DNA of 64,000 nt from Patescibacteria group bacterium (GTDB lineage: Bacteria > Patescibacteriota > WWE3 > JAMCXX01): contig JAMCXX010000002.1 in assembly GCA_023474425.1 (NCBI GenBank), positions 196,217 to 260,216 of the forward strand, written 5' to 3'. Shown in pieces: positions 1-9,611 of the stretch; positions within the stretch are counted from its first letter, which is position 1, and each line of letters starts with the position of its first letter. The notes beneath the pieces were generated by a model. That model searched no databases, was not told the DNA's origin, and saw nothing but the letters and a program-made list of their open reading frames with translations. Made by a program: the position numbers and the translations under genes.

Positions 1-38
1 TGGTTTTCTTCCTAGCAACGGGTCATATTACAGGCGCC

Positions 39-656
39 ATGGGTTGGGGTTTCGGAACGGGAATCATGGGGTTCGTGATTCAGATAGGAATGACAATAAT
101 CACCACGATTATTGTTTTCCTTGGCGGGTCACAGCGGTCCACCAAAAGCGATTTGGGGTTTTTGGATCTTCTTATCGTTTTGGTGGCATTCCTTCCCGGG
201 TTCTTCATAGGGGGGTTCCTCTGTATCCCGGCCTTTGTTGTCATCGGGGTTGTCACTGCCGGGTACGCTGGTCTTCTCCTTGTTATTGCCCGCCTGATCG
301 GAGGCAAGGCAACTGAGGGAGCTGCGCGGGACTTTGTCGGTCCGCTGATTGGTTTCGTGCTGGCCTTTTGGCTTATCGCTTACGTTACGGCGGCAGGAGC
401 TAATTGGGGGTCGAGCGGAAACTTTAGCCTGACGGGCACGGACGTAAAGCTTCTGAATCAGACGATTGACCAGATTCAGAGGCAGCAGTGGGAAGCAACC
501 CGGGCGGCGCCCACCGAGACTCCGCGCTATATTCCACCTGGGGTTTGGCCACAAGAATATACCGGGGGTCCGGTTCCCACACCCAGGCCCAGCCCGACTG
601 TAGTCTGTCCAAAGGATACAGTCTGGACGGGGACGAGGTGCTTTGGGACTAAATGA
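39..656 (+). CDS. hypothetical polytopic membrane protein with Pro-rich C-terminal tail
   Basis: 205-aa ORF. It has several hydrophobic helices (GFVIQIGMTIITTIIVFLGG, LLIVLVAFLPGFFIGGFLCIPAFVVIGVV, LIGFVLAFWLIAYV) followed by PTETPRYIPPGVWPQEYTGGPVPTPRPSP. No family recognised. Confidence 0.5.
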   Translation: MGWGFGTGIMGFVIQIGMTIITTIIVFLGGSQRSTKSDLGFLDLLIVLVAFLPGFFIGGFLCIPAFVVIGVVTAGYAGLLLVIARLIGGKATEGAARDFVGPLIGFVLAFWLIAYVTAAGANWGSSGNFSLTGTDVKLLNQTIDQIQRQQWEATRAAPTETPRYIPPGVWPQEYTGGPVPTPRPSPTVVCPKDTVWTGTRCFGTK

Positions 657-740
657 GCAAAGCCTCTATCGTGTCAGTTATACCGAAAGGTGTAGCGCAC
701 GGTAGGGGCTTTATTTTTTTCTAAAAAATGTTTGGAATTT

Positions 741-2189
741 TTAACCGAGGAACCCGCCGACCAGAGGAATCTTTCTGGCCACCTGTTGCACATCGGCCCC
801 GGCTCGGGAGACGGCGCCGGAGGCCTGTACTTCCAAAGCCTCTTCAATAATGGCCGGAACCTTAGAAGCAATGACCACCAATCCTAAGATAATAAAGTTT
901 TTAACATCGGTTTGCACCAGGGGGTCCGGTAAGGTGAAGCTGGATTCGTAATTGTTAATATAGACGGCGAGGTTGAGGATAAAAAATATTCCTGGGAAGA
1001 CCAGCACGTTGGCCAGCATCCCCATAATCCATTTTTTAATGTTGTCGTTTTGACTGGGAATAATACCAATGGCAATGAGCACCGGGCCAATGGCCGCTTT
1101 CACAAAAATTTGAGCATAGTTAGTAATTAAGGCAAAGAAAACCTGGAAGAAAATGTACCAGACCACGAGGCCCAAAATCATGGAGACCAGCCCGTCAATA
1201 ATGGGTATTTTAAAGGTGGGAGCGTTAAAGTCTAAATGCTGACCGACGGTAAAGAGTCCCATGGGGCTTTCCAAATACGGGTAGGGTAGGCACGGCGTCT
1301 GTATTAGAACGCAGGCCGGGCGGGAAAGATTGTTGAAGAAATAGCCAACGGTGGAAAGGCTTACCTGGCCAATGTCTACTACCAGCGAAGCAATAGTGTA
1401 GCTAAAAGCAATCATCAAAAGTCCAATAGCCAGTCGGGGAATAGCCGATTGCACGGTAATCACCGTACGTGGATCAATCTTTTGCCGAAGCATAACCATA
1501 AACCCATAAGCCACCAGAACGAGTGTAATCATTAAATAGGAAATGTTCCTGACCCCTTCCCAAATGCTAAAGATGGGGTTAAGCCGCACCCGACCGGGAG
1601 TGGCCGCGGCGGCGAAGGATGTTTTAAAGCCAAGAATGTTGCCATTAATCACTTCGGCCAGAGAGCTCATAGTGCCAAGATCCGGCGGGTTTTGGTAAAC
1701 GGCGGCCACCAGCTGAAAAGGGGCAATGCCAATTTTTTGTGGAATTTGCTGGTCAATGCGGCTGGACTGTGGATTGTAAGTAGTCGGGTCAATTCCCTGC
1801 CAAAGCAGGTTGCCCATACCCTGAAAGAAGGGGCTTAGAATGTATTTAAAAATTATGTCCCAGGAATTTTTGGAAAGCATAGTTAGGAAGTTATTGGCAA
1901 TTTGGCCTATGGCGTCGGTAATGCTTGAACCCAGGACGGTTAGTCCGTTATCAAGGGCATTGCACAAATCGCTAATGCCGGGGAGGCCGGAGACGCCGGA
2001 GCAGTCAATTGCGGCCAACTGTTGTGAGCTTAGGACTTTTGAGGGGAGTGTTTTTGATGCCGGCAATCTCTCGGCGGCGAGAATTTGTCGCCCGGAAAAA
2101 CTAAGAATAATCGTAGCGGCTAAGAGGCTAGCGGTTAGTTTGGTGTGGGACATTAAAATCATTTTGGGCAAGGCCTTATTTATTGTCAA
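741..2189 (-). CDS. polytopic membrane protein, possible VirB6/TrbL-like T4SS channel component
   Basis: 482-aa ORF with an N-terminal anchor (LTASLLAATIILSF) and many TM helices. It is divergent from the M23 giant gene and lies near eight T4SS-type pilin genes. Size and topology fit VirB6/TrbL, but no diagnostic motif could be verified by eye. Confidence 0.5.
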   Translation of the reverse strand: MTINKALPKMILMSHTKLTASLLAATIILSFSGRQILAAERLPASKTLPSKVLSSQQLAAIDCSGVSGLPGISDLCNALDNGLTVLGSSITDAIGQIANNFLTMLSKNSWDIIFKYILSPFFQGMGNLLWQGIDPTTYNPQSSRIDQQIPQKIGIAPFQLVAAVYQNPPDLGTMSSLAEVINGNILGFKTSFAAAATPGRVRLNPIFSIWEGVRNISYLMITLVLVAYGFMVMLRQKIDPRTVITVQSAIPRLAIGLLMIAFSYTIASLVVDIGQVSLSTVGYFFNNLSRPACVLIQTPCLPYPYLESPMGLFTVGQHLDFNAPTFKIPIIDGLVSMILGLVVWYIFFQVFFALITNYAQIFVKAAIGPVLIAIGIIPSQNDNIKKWIMGMLANVLVFPGIFFILNLAVYINNYESSFTLPDPLVQTDVKNFIILGLVVIASKVPAIIEEALEVQASGAVSRAGADVQQVARKIPLVGGFLG

Positions 2190-2219
2190 GTAAACCTTAA
2201 TTGACTAGACTTGAGAAGT

Positions 2220-5200
2220 ATGCCCCTCGCCCAAAGTTACTCTTCAAATCCTCAAGCGAAAAGAAATCAGGATGTTGGCCCTTCTCCCTTTCAGCAGATG
2301 AGCTCGGCTTTCGCCGGCGCCTCGGCCAACCCTCTTCTGAAAGTAGCGCAATACACCGTTCTGCCGGCCGCCGAAAATATTCCCATTTTAGGCAAGCCTA
2401 TTACATTTCTTAAATGGGCCACCGACCCGGTGGGGGAGCTTAAAAAATCCCTCAATATTTCTCCTTCGGTGGGGGCCGCCGTCAAAGAATCAATTATCAC
2501 CAACGCCGTAGCTTACGCTACGAAAGTTTACGCGGTATCGGCGGGCGTTGCCTCCGGTCAGGGGCAGATTACCACCGATCTTGTACAAAACGCCATGGCC
2601 TGTGAAGCCGCCGATTACGCTACTAAAGCCGCGCGCAATCCTACCAAATTTATAATTCAGGAAACCTGGAACGGTCTTGTAAAGGGCGGCTGGTTTTTTG
2701 ACCGGTTTATTTACGATAAGCGTTATGTTTTTTGGCATGACGAAACCGGTAAGGCGTCCAAATGGGAAGCTAATCGCATCGCCAAGAAATTTGGATTGAA
2801 AGGCGAAGATTTAAGGTTCGGTTCCCAAGCCTTTAAGGTTATAAATGTTGACAAGCCGGGAGGCCTAACCCCGGTCTTAAAGGTCGGGAAGGTTACCTGG
2901 CAGATTGCCGGTCCCACTGTTCTGGCCGCCGTCCTCTTCCCCCCTCTCGCGCCGGTAGTTTTGGCCTGGCAGGTAGCTAACGCCAGCTGGAGCGACTTTG
3001 TCATCAAACATCCGGTAGTACCGGTTCCGCCCGACCCCAACTTGGTGGGCGCTCCTCTTGAGGCCGGCCGCAGCAAGGGCGGAAATAAGAATCTGCTTCG
3101 GGATGTTAATCGCGAATGGGTAGCCGAATCCAGCGGCCAGACTTTTAAGTGGTACGAACTCAACAATATTGCCGACGATAAGATTCGCCGTTGGAATAAA
3201 GTCTTTAAAACGGTTAACGATTTTGCCACCGTTCGTGGTCTTTATAATACCCTGGTTACCGGCAACACCTTGAAAGAAAGAGGCTGGGCAATTCGCGGTG
3301 GTTACGCCGACCAACGAATTCGCTTTGGCAGTGGCGCCGGTGAGATTAATGAACTATACGCCAGGGCCAGCGTTTTTAACCGTGGCCGCGGACGTCATTT
3401 TCACCCCGGGGTTTTAAGGAGGCCGGATGGAAGTGTAATCACAATCCATCCCGGTCAAAAGATTAGCGGCAAACAATGGAGCCACCTGTCTGCGTCGGTA
3501 AAATCCAACTCCAGTCGGTTTTTCCGCGGGGCCTACCGTTTTCAGCAATTTGCTTCCAAAATTGGAGTGCCAGCGGCTCTAGCCGTTCTTTTGCCCAACC
3601 CGGCCACTTGGGGTTTCGCCGCTTTTATGGTGGCACGGAATTTGGGAAGTGTTTTGGAGCCCTTAAAGTGGGTCGGCTGGAAGAGTGTTGAGTACACGAG
3701 TTCCCAGTTTATTGCCAAATACGGGTTAAAGTACGGCACGGCTGCGGTTAAGAATATTGGGCCGTTGGTTTTAGTCTTGGAAGATAATGGGACAAATTTT
3801 CTGCGCCGATGGCTCCGGCGTTTCTATTCGGTGCTGCATCCTTTTGACCGGGACGTTGGGGTTTTGGCTGGAGCCGTTGCTTGGCGGGATCGGCAATGGG
3901 CAACTATTGTCCGCTCCTTTTGGCGATCCAGCAATGGTTTGAGACTTAGGGCCACCTTTATTAAGTATCCCTGGATTCGGCAAACGTTTGATTTTCTAAA
4001 AAAACTGCCCGGAGCCGGAACCGTTGCCGCCGTCGGCGGATTTTTCTTAGGCGGACTTAAGTGGGTTTTGGCTCCCGGTCAGGCGATTAAAGATGCCGTC
4101 GGCAACTTTATAAAGTGGACGGCTTGGCGTGGTTTTCGCTGGGCCCTGGGTAAAGCGTTTCGGAGTTGGTTTAGCCATCCATTAACCGCCTGGCTACAAA
4201 GACAGGTTGCGAGTCTTCCAATCGGCTCCCTGCGCCGAAGTTTTTTTGATTTTCTTTTGCGCCGTCTTCTCGCCCCTGCACCCCTGCCAAAAATTCCCAC
4301 ATCGCCTCTGGGGAAATTCGGGGCCGAACTGGTTAAAGCTTTGGCTCAAATCGGAAAAATGATTTTCCGGTTTGTGACGAAGTTACTTATAGAGGCGGGT
4401 AAGGCGATTGTGAAAATTGTAGTCCAGGTCTTTCAAACCATTAGCGATGCCGTGGCGGCTGTTACCTCGCCGGCTTGGGGGACCGTGGCCGTCATAGTTG
4501 TGGCCATACTGGCAATCTTTCTGCTTCTGGCGCTTATAGTCATTGTCATTTTTCTGGCCTTGGCCTTTGTTTCTTCTATGGGAGCCAGCGGCACCAACAT
4601 GCCGCCCGTGAGCAGTTTTTTGGAGATACGCAAGGAGGTCGCCAACCCCAAGCCTTCCGGTCAGCTGTTTGCGGCGGGGGATACGGTTCAGTATTTAATT
4701 CAGTACGAAGTTAAGAAACCTCTTTCGGGAGCGGTTACTTTTGAAGACAGGTTTTTGATTAGCGGCGTCGATAAAAACGGTGCCACGGTTAAATATTTTG
4801 ACCAGAATTCCCTAAGTTGCCAGAGCCCGGCTTCCATTACTACCGTTACTTTTGCTTCCGATCCCGACGGCCCGCCCGGGAACTGGCAAGGGCTCAAGGG
4901 CACCGTTCCCTATCATGACCCGGGCAACGGCGGGCCGCAGTGGGTACAGTTTAACTGCTCGGCAAAAGTTGACTCCGGCTACAACGGCGGGGTTTTAGTT
5001 AATCACGCCATTATTTCCGGCAACGCCCAAAGCGACGGTAAACTTGTGACCGCCTCACAGTGGTTAAAGGTTAACGGCGGCGATGCTTCCGGCTGGCCCA
5101 CCGATCACGGCTGTTTTGTGCAGGGGCCAAACGGCGCTTATTCACACCAGAACCAGCAAGCGGTTGATATTGCCTCCAACTGGTCCTCCGGCTACAACAT

Positions 5201-5639
5201 TGCCGGCCAACCGATTCACGCCACCATTGACGGCAAAGTTTTAAGGATTTGTGTTAGTGGTACTTACAGCGCCAATGCTTCAACTGGTGTCTGCGGCGGT
5301 TACGATGAGGGGTCATACTTCGGGACCGGTTTCGGCACCTACGTTATTCTTAAAGAAACAAACACCAGTCTTTCCGTTTTTTACGGTCATCTTTTGCAAC
5401 CGTCTGCTTCTCTTGCCGAGGGGCAGATTATTAACAAAGGGGATATTATTGGTTATGTGGACTCAACCGGAAATTCAACCGGCAACCACGTGCACTACGC
5501 CTTCACGAGAAATTCCGGCGCCGAAATGAATCAGCCGTATGTTCCTTATTATGTGCCAACCTGTTCTCTAACATCACCTGACCCTACCTGCCCGCAGGCC
5601 TTTGCCGATTTGGGGGAGCCGGGCCGGGTCTGTTTTTAA
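2220..5639 (+). CDS. large membrane-anchored protein with C-terminal M23 (LytM-type) peptidase domain
   Basis: About 1140 aa from ATG 2220, with TTG 2211 as an alternative start. It has a central TM segment AWGTVAVIVVAILAIFLLLALIVIVIFLALAFV. The C-terminal M23 signature GDIIGYVDSTGNSTGNHVHYAF is preceded by SHQNQQAVDIA. Confidence 0.8.
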   Translation: MPLAQSYSSNPQAKRNQDVGPSPFQQMSSAFAGASANPLLKVAQYTVLPAAENIPILGKPITFLKWATDPVGELKKSLNISPSVGAAVKESIITNAVAYATKVYAVSAGVASGQGQITTDLVQNAMACEAADYATKAARNPTKFIIQETWNGLVKGGWFFDRFIYDKRYVFWHDETGKASKWEANRIAKKFGLKGEDLRFGSQAFKVINVDKPGGLTPVLKVGKVTWQIAGPTVLAAVLFPPLAPVVLAWQVANASWSDFVIKHPVVPVPPDPNLVGAPLEAGRSKGGNKNLLRDVNREWVAESSGQTFKWYELNNIADDKIRRWNKVFKTVNDFATVRGLYNTLVTGNTLKERGWAIRGGYADQRIRFGSGAGEINELYARASVFNRGRGRHFHPGVLRRPDGSVITIHPGQKISGKQWSHLSASVKSNSSRFFRGAYRFQQFASKIGVPAALAVLLPNPATWGFAAFMVARNLGSVLEPLKWVGWKSVEYTSSQFIAKYGLKYGTAAVKNIGPLVLVLEDNGTNFLRRWLRRFYSVLHPFDRDVGVLAGAVAWRDRQWATIVRSFWRSSNGLRLRATFIKYPWIRQTFDFLKKLPGAGTVAAVGGFFLGGLKWVLAPGQAIKDAVGNFIKWTAWRGFRWALGKAFRSWFSHPLTAWLQRQVASLPIGSLRRSFFDFLLRRLLAPAPLPKIPTSPLGKFGAELVKALAQIGKMIFRFVTKLLIEAGKAIVKIVVQVFQTISDAVAAVTSPAWGTVAVIVVAILAIFLLLALIVIVIFLALAFVSSMGASGTNMPPVSSFLEIRKEVANPKPSGQLFAAGDTVQYLIQYEVKKPLSGAVTFEDRFLISGVDKNGATVKYFDQNSLSCQSPASITTVTFASDPDGPPGNWQGLKGTVPYHDPGNGGPQWVQFNCSAKVDSGYNGGVLVNHAIISGNAQSDGKLVTASQWLKVNGGDASGWPTDHGCFVQGPNGAYSHQNQQAVDIASNWSSGYNIAGQPIHATIDGKVLRICVSGTYSANASTGVCGGYDEGSYFGTGFGTYVILKETNTSLSVFYGHLLQPSASLAEGQIINKGDIIGYVDSTGNSTGNHVHYAFTRNSGAEMNQPYVPYYVPTCSLTSPDPTCPQAFADLGEPGRVCF

Positions 5640-5642
5640 AAT

Positions 5643-6686
5643 ATGAACCAAAAATATTTTCGAATTTTTGCCGTCATAATTTTAATTTTGGTAATTGTGC
5701 TTTTGGCGTTCGATTTTTTTAGAAGTCGTAGTCCCTCCGTCCCGAATCAGGGAGGAACGACGCCGCCCGGCGTGGCGGCACCCACAGTTAATCAGGCAAT
5801 ACCCTATACGCCACAGCGGGTTAACGTGCCATCCAATGTCAATTATCAAAATCTACCCAAAACTCTGCCCGTCTATTCCGTTGCCGGAGATGCTGCGCGC
5901 CCGTTTACGTCTTTAGAGATTTCCTCTCTGGCTTCGATTTTAGGCTTTAAGTCAGCCGCCCAAATTATTCCCGGTTACGGCGGGGGCTCTAATTATATGT
6001 ATGGTGACGCCGCCGGCCGGACCTTAATAGTTAAGGATGCGCCCCCGAGCATTAGCTACTCGGAGCCGCCGGCCACCGGCCCTTTTACCTCTCTGCCGTC
6101 TTTGGACGAAGCTTCGTCTTTTTCTCTTTCGTGGTTTAGGAAGCTTTCTATAAATTTGCCTGACGGATGGGAAGTAAGAGTTATAAAGAAAGTTTATATA
6201 AGCGGTGAGGGTTCTTCGGCGGTGGAAGTTCCCGATGTCTCTCAAGCCGGTTCGGTTAGTGTGAACTTGGGATATTTTTATGGAGGCTTGGAAGTTTATG
6301 ACGGCACGCGGGGGCCGGTTTTGTTTAGTTTAGTCATTGGGCCAAATATGACCATTATTTCCGCTAAATCCGCTTTCTTGGTAACCAACTCCGGTTTAGC
6401 AATTTCTCCGGTTGGCAATGTGGCGGTAAAGGATTTAGCCGGAATCGAGAATTCGTTTTCCGACGGGTCGGCCAAGGCTATCTCGTTGGGCCTTTCCGGA
6501 GTAATAACCGACGAACCGATTCTTAACCCGCCGCAGACGGTTGATGTTAAAAATATTTCTCCAGTTTTACTGCTTTCGGGAAAAACCCTTTACCCTTATT
6601 TTTCCGTTTCCGCCCAAGGGACTTTGAGTTCTGGTAGAACTGGGGAAGTTCAATATTTGGTTCCGGCCGAAAGCGCTGAACCTTAG
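5643..6686 (+). CDS. hypothetical N-terminally anchored exported protein
   Basis: 347-aa ORF starting 4 nt after the stop of the M23 gene, which suggests translational coupling. It has an N-terminal TM helix FRIFAVIILILVIVLLAFDFF. No family recognised. Confidence 0.6.
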   Translation: MNQKYFRIFAVIILILVIVLLAFDFFRSRSPSVPNQGGTTPPGVAAPTVNQAIPYTPQRVNVPSNVNYQNLPKTLPVYSVAGDAARPFTSLEISSLASILGFKSAAQIIPGYGGGSNYMYGDAAGRTLIVKDAPPSISYSEPPATGPFTSLPSLDEASSFSLSWFRKLSINLPDGWEVRVIKKVYISGEGSSAVEVPDVSQAGSVSVNLGYFYGGLEVYDGTRGPVLFSLVIGPNMTIISAKSAFLVTNSGLAISPVGNVAVKDLAGIENSFSDGSAKAISLGLSGVITDEPILNPPQTVDVKNISPVLLLSGKTLYPYFSVSAQGTLSSGRTGEVQYLVPAESAEP

Positions 6687-6713
6687 ATTACCGGCAAATT
6701 AATCAACCGGAAT

Positions 6714-7211
6714 TTACTTGTATTGGCAGAGACCGCCGATTACAGGCAAGCCGCCGTTTGTGCAGGCGTAGTCAGGTATCATTAAGATTGGGTTTGGTAG
6801 ACCAAGAACGTTGGTAGAAAGCACCGTGATTAGAAAGACGGATGCGATGCCTAGACCAAAACCCATCAAGGCGGCAGTCATAGTCTTTTGAGCCGATTGA
6901 ATGGCTTTCTCGTCTCCACCGGAAGTTAGGTATCGTAATCCACCGTAAAGAAGCATCGCAAAAAGCCCTATTCCCAGAAGAATGAGGATAGAGAAGTAAA
7001 GTTTATAAGCAATACTTACTAGGCAATAGAATCCCATCCCCGTACCCACACCACCTACAACCGGCCCGGAAATGTCCCTTGGCTGGTCGCAGGTATAAAG
7101 GTTGAAACCCCCAACGTTTTCCTGTGTCAAAGCGAGGGTGTTGGGTCCGGTAAGCAGAAAAATCAGTGCAACCAGTGCCAGAAAAGTCAAGGCTGTTTTT
7201 TTCAAGCTCAT
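6714..7211 (-). CDS. TrbC/VirB2-type (T4SS) pilin-like protein, paralog 8
   Basis: 165 aa with a signal peptide. The core is GGLRYLTSGGDEKAIQSAQKTMTAALMGFGLGIASVFL, flanked by two TM helices. The same motif occurs in seven neighbouring genes. Confidence 0.7.
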   Translation of the reverse strand: MSLKKTALTFLALVALIFLLTGPNTLALTQENVGGFNLYTCDQPRDISGPVVGGVGTGMGFYCLVSIAYKLYFSILILLGIGLFAMLLYGGLRYLTSGGDEKAIQSAQKTMTAALMGFGLGIASVFLITVLSTNVLGLPNPILMIPDYACTNGGLPVIGGLCQYK

Positions 7212-7237
7212 ATTTTTTGGGAAAGGTCAAAATATCC

Positions 7238-7639
7238 TTACTGTCCCAGTGTCGTGGTGGGACCGGGCCACTGAATGTTGCCCAAAATATTCACCCCGAA
7301 GACCGCGCCCAAAACCTGGATAACAGCAATGGAACCGGCCACAATGGCCAAACCCAAAATGGCGTAAGTGATCCGGTCACGGGCCGATTGGGCTGCGACT
7401 TTGTCTCCGCCCGAGGTTAAATATTGAAAGCCTCCCATAACCAGGAAAATAAATGCGGCCAGGCCGGAAATAATAATAATAGCCCTCACCAAAGTCTGAA
7501 TAAAACTGCCCAGGTCTGGGAAGGCAAACAAAGTAGTGTCCACCCTTCCGGAGGTGTAGGCAGCCAGAGCGGCCGGGGCAACCAAAGATAAGAGCGTTCC
7601 TGCCGTCATTGCAATTTTAATTATTTTATTTTTTCTCAC
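7238..7639 (-). CDS. TrbC/VirB2-type pilin-like protein, paralog 7
   Basis: 133 aa with core GGFQYLTSGGDKVAAQSARDRITYAILGLAIV and C-terminus VFGVNILGNIQWPGP. Confidence 0.75.
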   Translation of the reverse strand: MRKNKIIKIAMTAGTLLSLVAPAALAAYTSGRVDTTLFAFPDLGSFIQTLVRAIIIISGLAAFIFLVMGGFQYLTSGGDKVAAQSARDRITYAILGLAIVAGSIAVIQVLGAVFGVNILGNIQWPGPTTTLGQ

Positions 7640-7724
7640 TCAGGTTCACCCCCTTTGAATCTTCTTAGATTTATCATTAACTATTAAGCTTAACACAACA
7701 CGTTAAGTAGCGCCAGAGTAAATT

Positions 7725-8075
7725 TTACGGGGCGCCCACGGTAGTATTAGCCGGCCCGGGCCATTTTATGTCGCCGAGAATATTTATGCCAAAAACAGCC
7801 GCCAGGATTTGGGTAATAGCCACCGCGGCCACAATAATAACCAGGCCCGTAATCGCGTAGGTAATGCGCTCGCGGGCGTTTTGCGCCGCCACCTTATCCC
7901 CGCCGGAGGTGAGGTACTGGAAACCGCCGATTAAAAGAAAAACAAAAGCGGCCAGGCCGGCAATAATCATGAAGCCGCGTAGGAAAGTTTGAATAATTTC
8001 GCCTAGATTAACAAAAGAAACGGATCCTGTGTCGATGCCGGGGATTAATGTTCCGGGATTGGCGGCTAGAATCAT
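7725..8075 (-). CDS. TrbC/VirB2-type pilin-like protein, paralog 6
   Basis: 116 aa with core GGFQYLTSGGDKVAAQNARERITYAITGLVII and C-terminus VFGINILGDIKWPGP. Confidence 0.75.
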   Translation of the reverse strand: MILAANPGTLIPGIDTGSVSFVNLGEIIQTFLRGFMIIAGLAAFVFLLIGGFQYLTSGGDKVAAQNARERITYAITGLVIIVAAVAITQILAAVFGINILGDIKWPGPANTTVGAP

Positions 8076-8078
8076 AGT

Positions 8079-8474
8079 TTAGTGACAATAACCATAATTA
8101 CCCACAATCGTGTCGGCCGTAGGCCATTTAATATTACCAAAAATATTGACACCAAAAACAGCTCCCAGAATTTGGGTGATGGCCACCACCGAGACAACGA
8201 TGGCCAAGCCCATTATGGCATAGGTAATTTTCTCGCGGGCGTTTTGCGCCGCCACCTTATCCCCGCCGGAAGAGATGTACTGAAAGCCGCCCAAAACCAG
8301 TTGAACCAGAGCAAAAATTCCGGAAATGATTATGACGGCGTTAATTAAAACGCTTAAAAGATTGCCTATATTGGCAAAGGCCACAGCGTCGCCGGCGGCG
8401 GTGGAAACAAACTGCGAGCAGTCCACCCCCGGCACAGCCGCGAGAACTATGTTAGAGAATATCATAGAGAGCAA
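8079..8474 (-). CDS. TrbC/VirB2-type pilin-like protein, paralog 5
   Basis: 131 aa with core GGFQYISSGGDKVAAQNAREKITYAIMGLAIV. It shares a 39-nt identical DNA stretch with paralog 6. Confidence 0.75.
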   Translation of the reverse strand: MLSMIFSNIVLAAVPGVDCSQFVSTAAGDAVAFANIGNLLSVLINAVIIISGIFALVQLVLGGFQYISSGGDKVAAQNAREKITYAIMGLAIVVSVVAITQILGAVFGVNIFGNIKWPTADTIVGNYGYCH

Positions 8475-8488
8475 ATACAGCCGATCTC

Positions 8489-8893
8489 TTACGCTGATTT
8501 AGAACGCAGATCGGGATTGACTATTCTCTTGATTATAACTCCATTTGGACTGAAAATCGAGACAATTCCTAATCTCAACTTGGCATCACGGAGATAAGAA
8601 AGTACCTGACGCATCTGATTGTGATAAAAACCATTTCCGACTTTTACTTCGAGTATTAACCTATTATTGATTAAAAAATCGTGAAAGTAGTAGCCAATAA
8701 CTCTGTCCTTATATCTGATTTTTGAAATGTTTTCTTTGGTAAATTCAAGGCCTCCGGCTTTCAGCTCGTTGGAGATAGCTTTTTGATATATCTTTTCCGG
8801 GTAACCGAAACCTAGGTCGTTGAAGACTTTATATAAACAGCCAATAACTTTATAACTTAAATCGGCGAATGGGAAGTCTTGTTTCTCTTCCAT
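8489..8893 (-). CDS. GxxExxY family protein (PD-(D/E)XK-like fold)
   Basis: 134 aa. The N-terminus YKVIGCLYKVFNDLGFGYPEKIYQKAISNELK carries the G-x-x-E-x-x-Y signature (GYPEKIY). The gene is embedded in the pilin array on the same strand. Confidence 0.7.
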   Translation of the reverse strand: MEEKQDFPFADLSYKVIGCLYKVFNDLGFGYPEKIYQKAISNELKAGGLEFTKENISKIRYKDRVIGYYFHDFLINNRLILEVKVGNGFYHNQMRQVLSYLRDAKLRLGIVSIFSPNGVIIKRIVNPDLRSKSA

Positions 8894-8926
8894 CTGCTTT
8901 CCAGATCTGCTTGAAAGATTTGCTGT

Positions 8927-9262
8927 CTAGGGATGGGGCCAAAGGACGCCGCCCACAATGCTCACGCCAAAAACGGCCTGAACCACAAAGCCTACGGCAT
9001 AGGCGCCTACCACAATAGCCAGGCCCATTATAGCGTAGGTGATTTTGTTGCGGGCCGCTTCCACCGCCACCTTGTCTCCACCGGATGAGATGTATTGGAA
9101 CCCGCCCATGGCCAAAAACAGAAAGGCGGCAATGCCGGAAACAATCACCAGCGTCACATAAAGATTGGCCACCAGACGCCCAACGTCAAGGTACCCGAGC
9201 TTGTTAACGCCGGAGGTTTCGAGTGATTCGAGAGTTGATAAATCAAAAGATGTTGACGGCAT
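8927..9262 (-). CDS. TrbC/VirB2-type pilin-like protein, paralog 4
   Basis: 111 aa with core GGFQYISSGGDKVAVEAARNKITYAIMGLAIV. Confidence 0.75.
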   Translation of the reverse strand: MPSTSFDLSTLESLETSGVNKLGYLDVGRLVANLYVTLVIVSGIAAFLFLAMGGFQYISSGGDKVAVEAARNKITYAIMGLAIVVGAYAVGFVVQAVFGVSIVGGVLWPHP

Positions 9263-9271
9263 GATTTATAT

Positions 9272-9607
9272 TTAGGGACCCCTAAAGACCGGTTTAAAAA
9301 TGTCAATTCCCAAAACGGTCCCAACAATTCTGGTAATTGCAAAAGCGCCTACCACAATAGCCAAACCAATCACGGCGTTGGTAATCTGCTTCATGGCCTC
9401 CTGGGTCTGCTTGGCATCGCCGCCGGCGGTAATGTAGCGCAGTCCGCCTAAAGCCAGGTAGAGAAAGAAGGCAATCCCGGACACAATAATCACGACGTTA
9501 ATAAAGTTAGAAATGAGATAAGACAGACCACTACCTCCAGCAGTATAGTTTCCAGTTAGATATTTCGGATCGATTGTTCCGAAGATAGGTACAAATAGTA
9601 TATCCAT
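9272..9607 (-). CDS. TrbC/VirB2-type pilin-like protein, paralog 3
   Basis: 111 aa with core GGLRYITAGGDAKQTQEAMKQITNAVIGLAIV. Confidence 0.7.
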   Translation of the reverse strand: MDILFVPIFGTIDPKYLTGNYTAGGSGLSYLISNFINVVIIVSGIAFFLYLALGGLRYITAGGDAKQTQEAMKQITNAVIGLAIVVGAFAITRIVGTVLGIDIFKPVFRGP

Positions 9608-9611
9608 GATG

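Noticed and set aside
2723-3314. Long antisense ORFs (168 and 145 aa) within the M23 giant gene; similar ones lie inside other large genes (e.g. 129-554, 43327-43881, 60791-61219)
   Set aside because: They are shadow ORFs opposite well-supported long coding regions, with Arg/Gly/Pro-rich composition and no start context.
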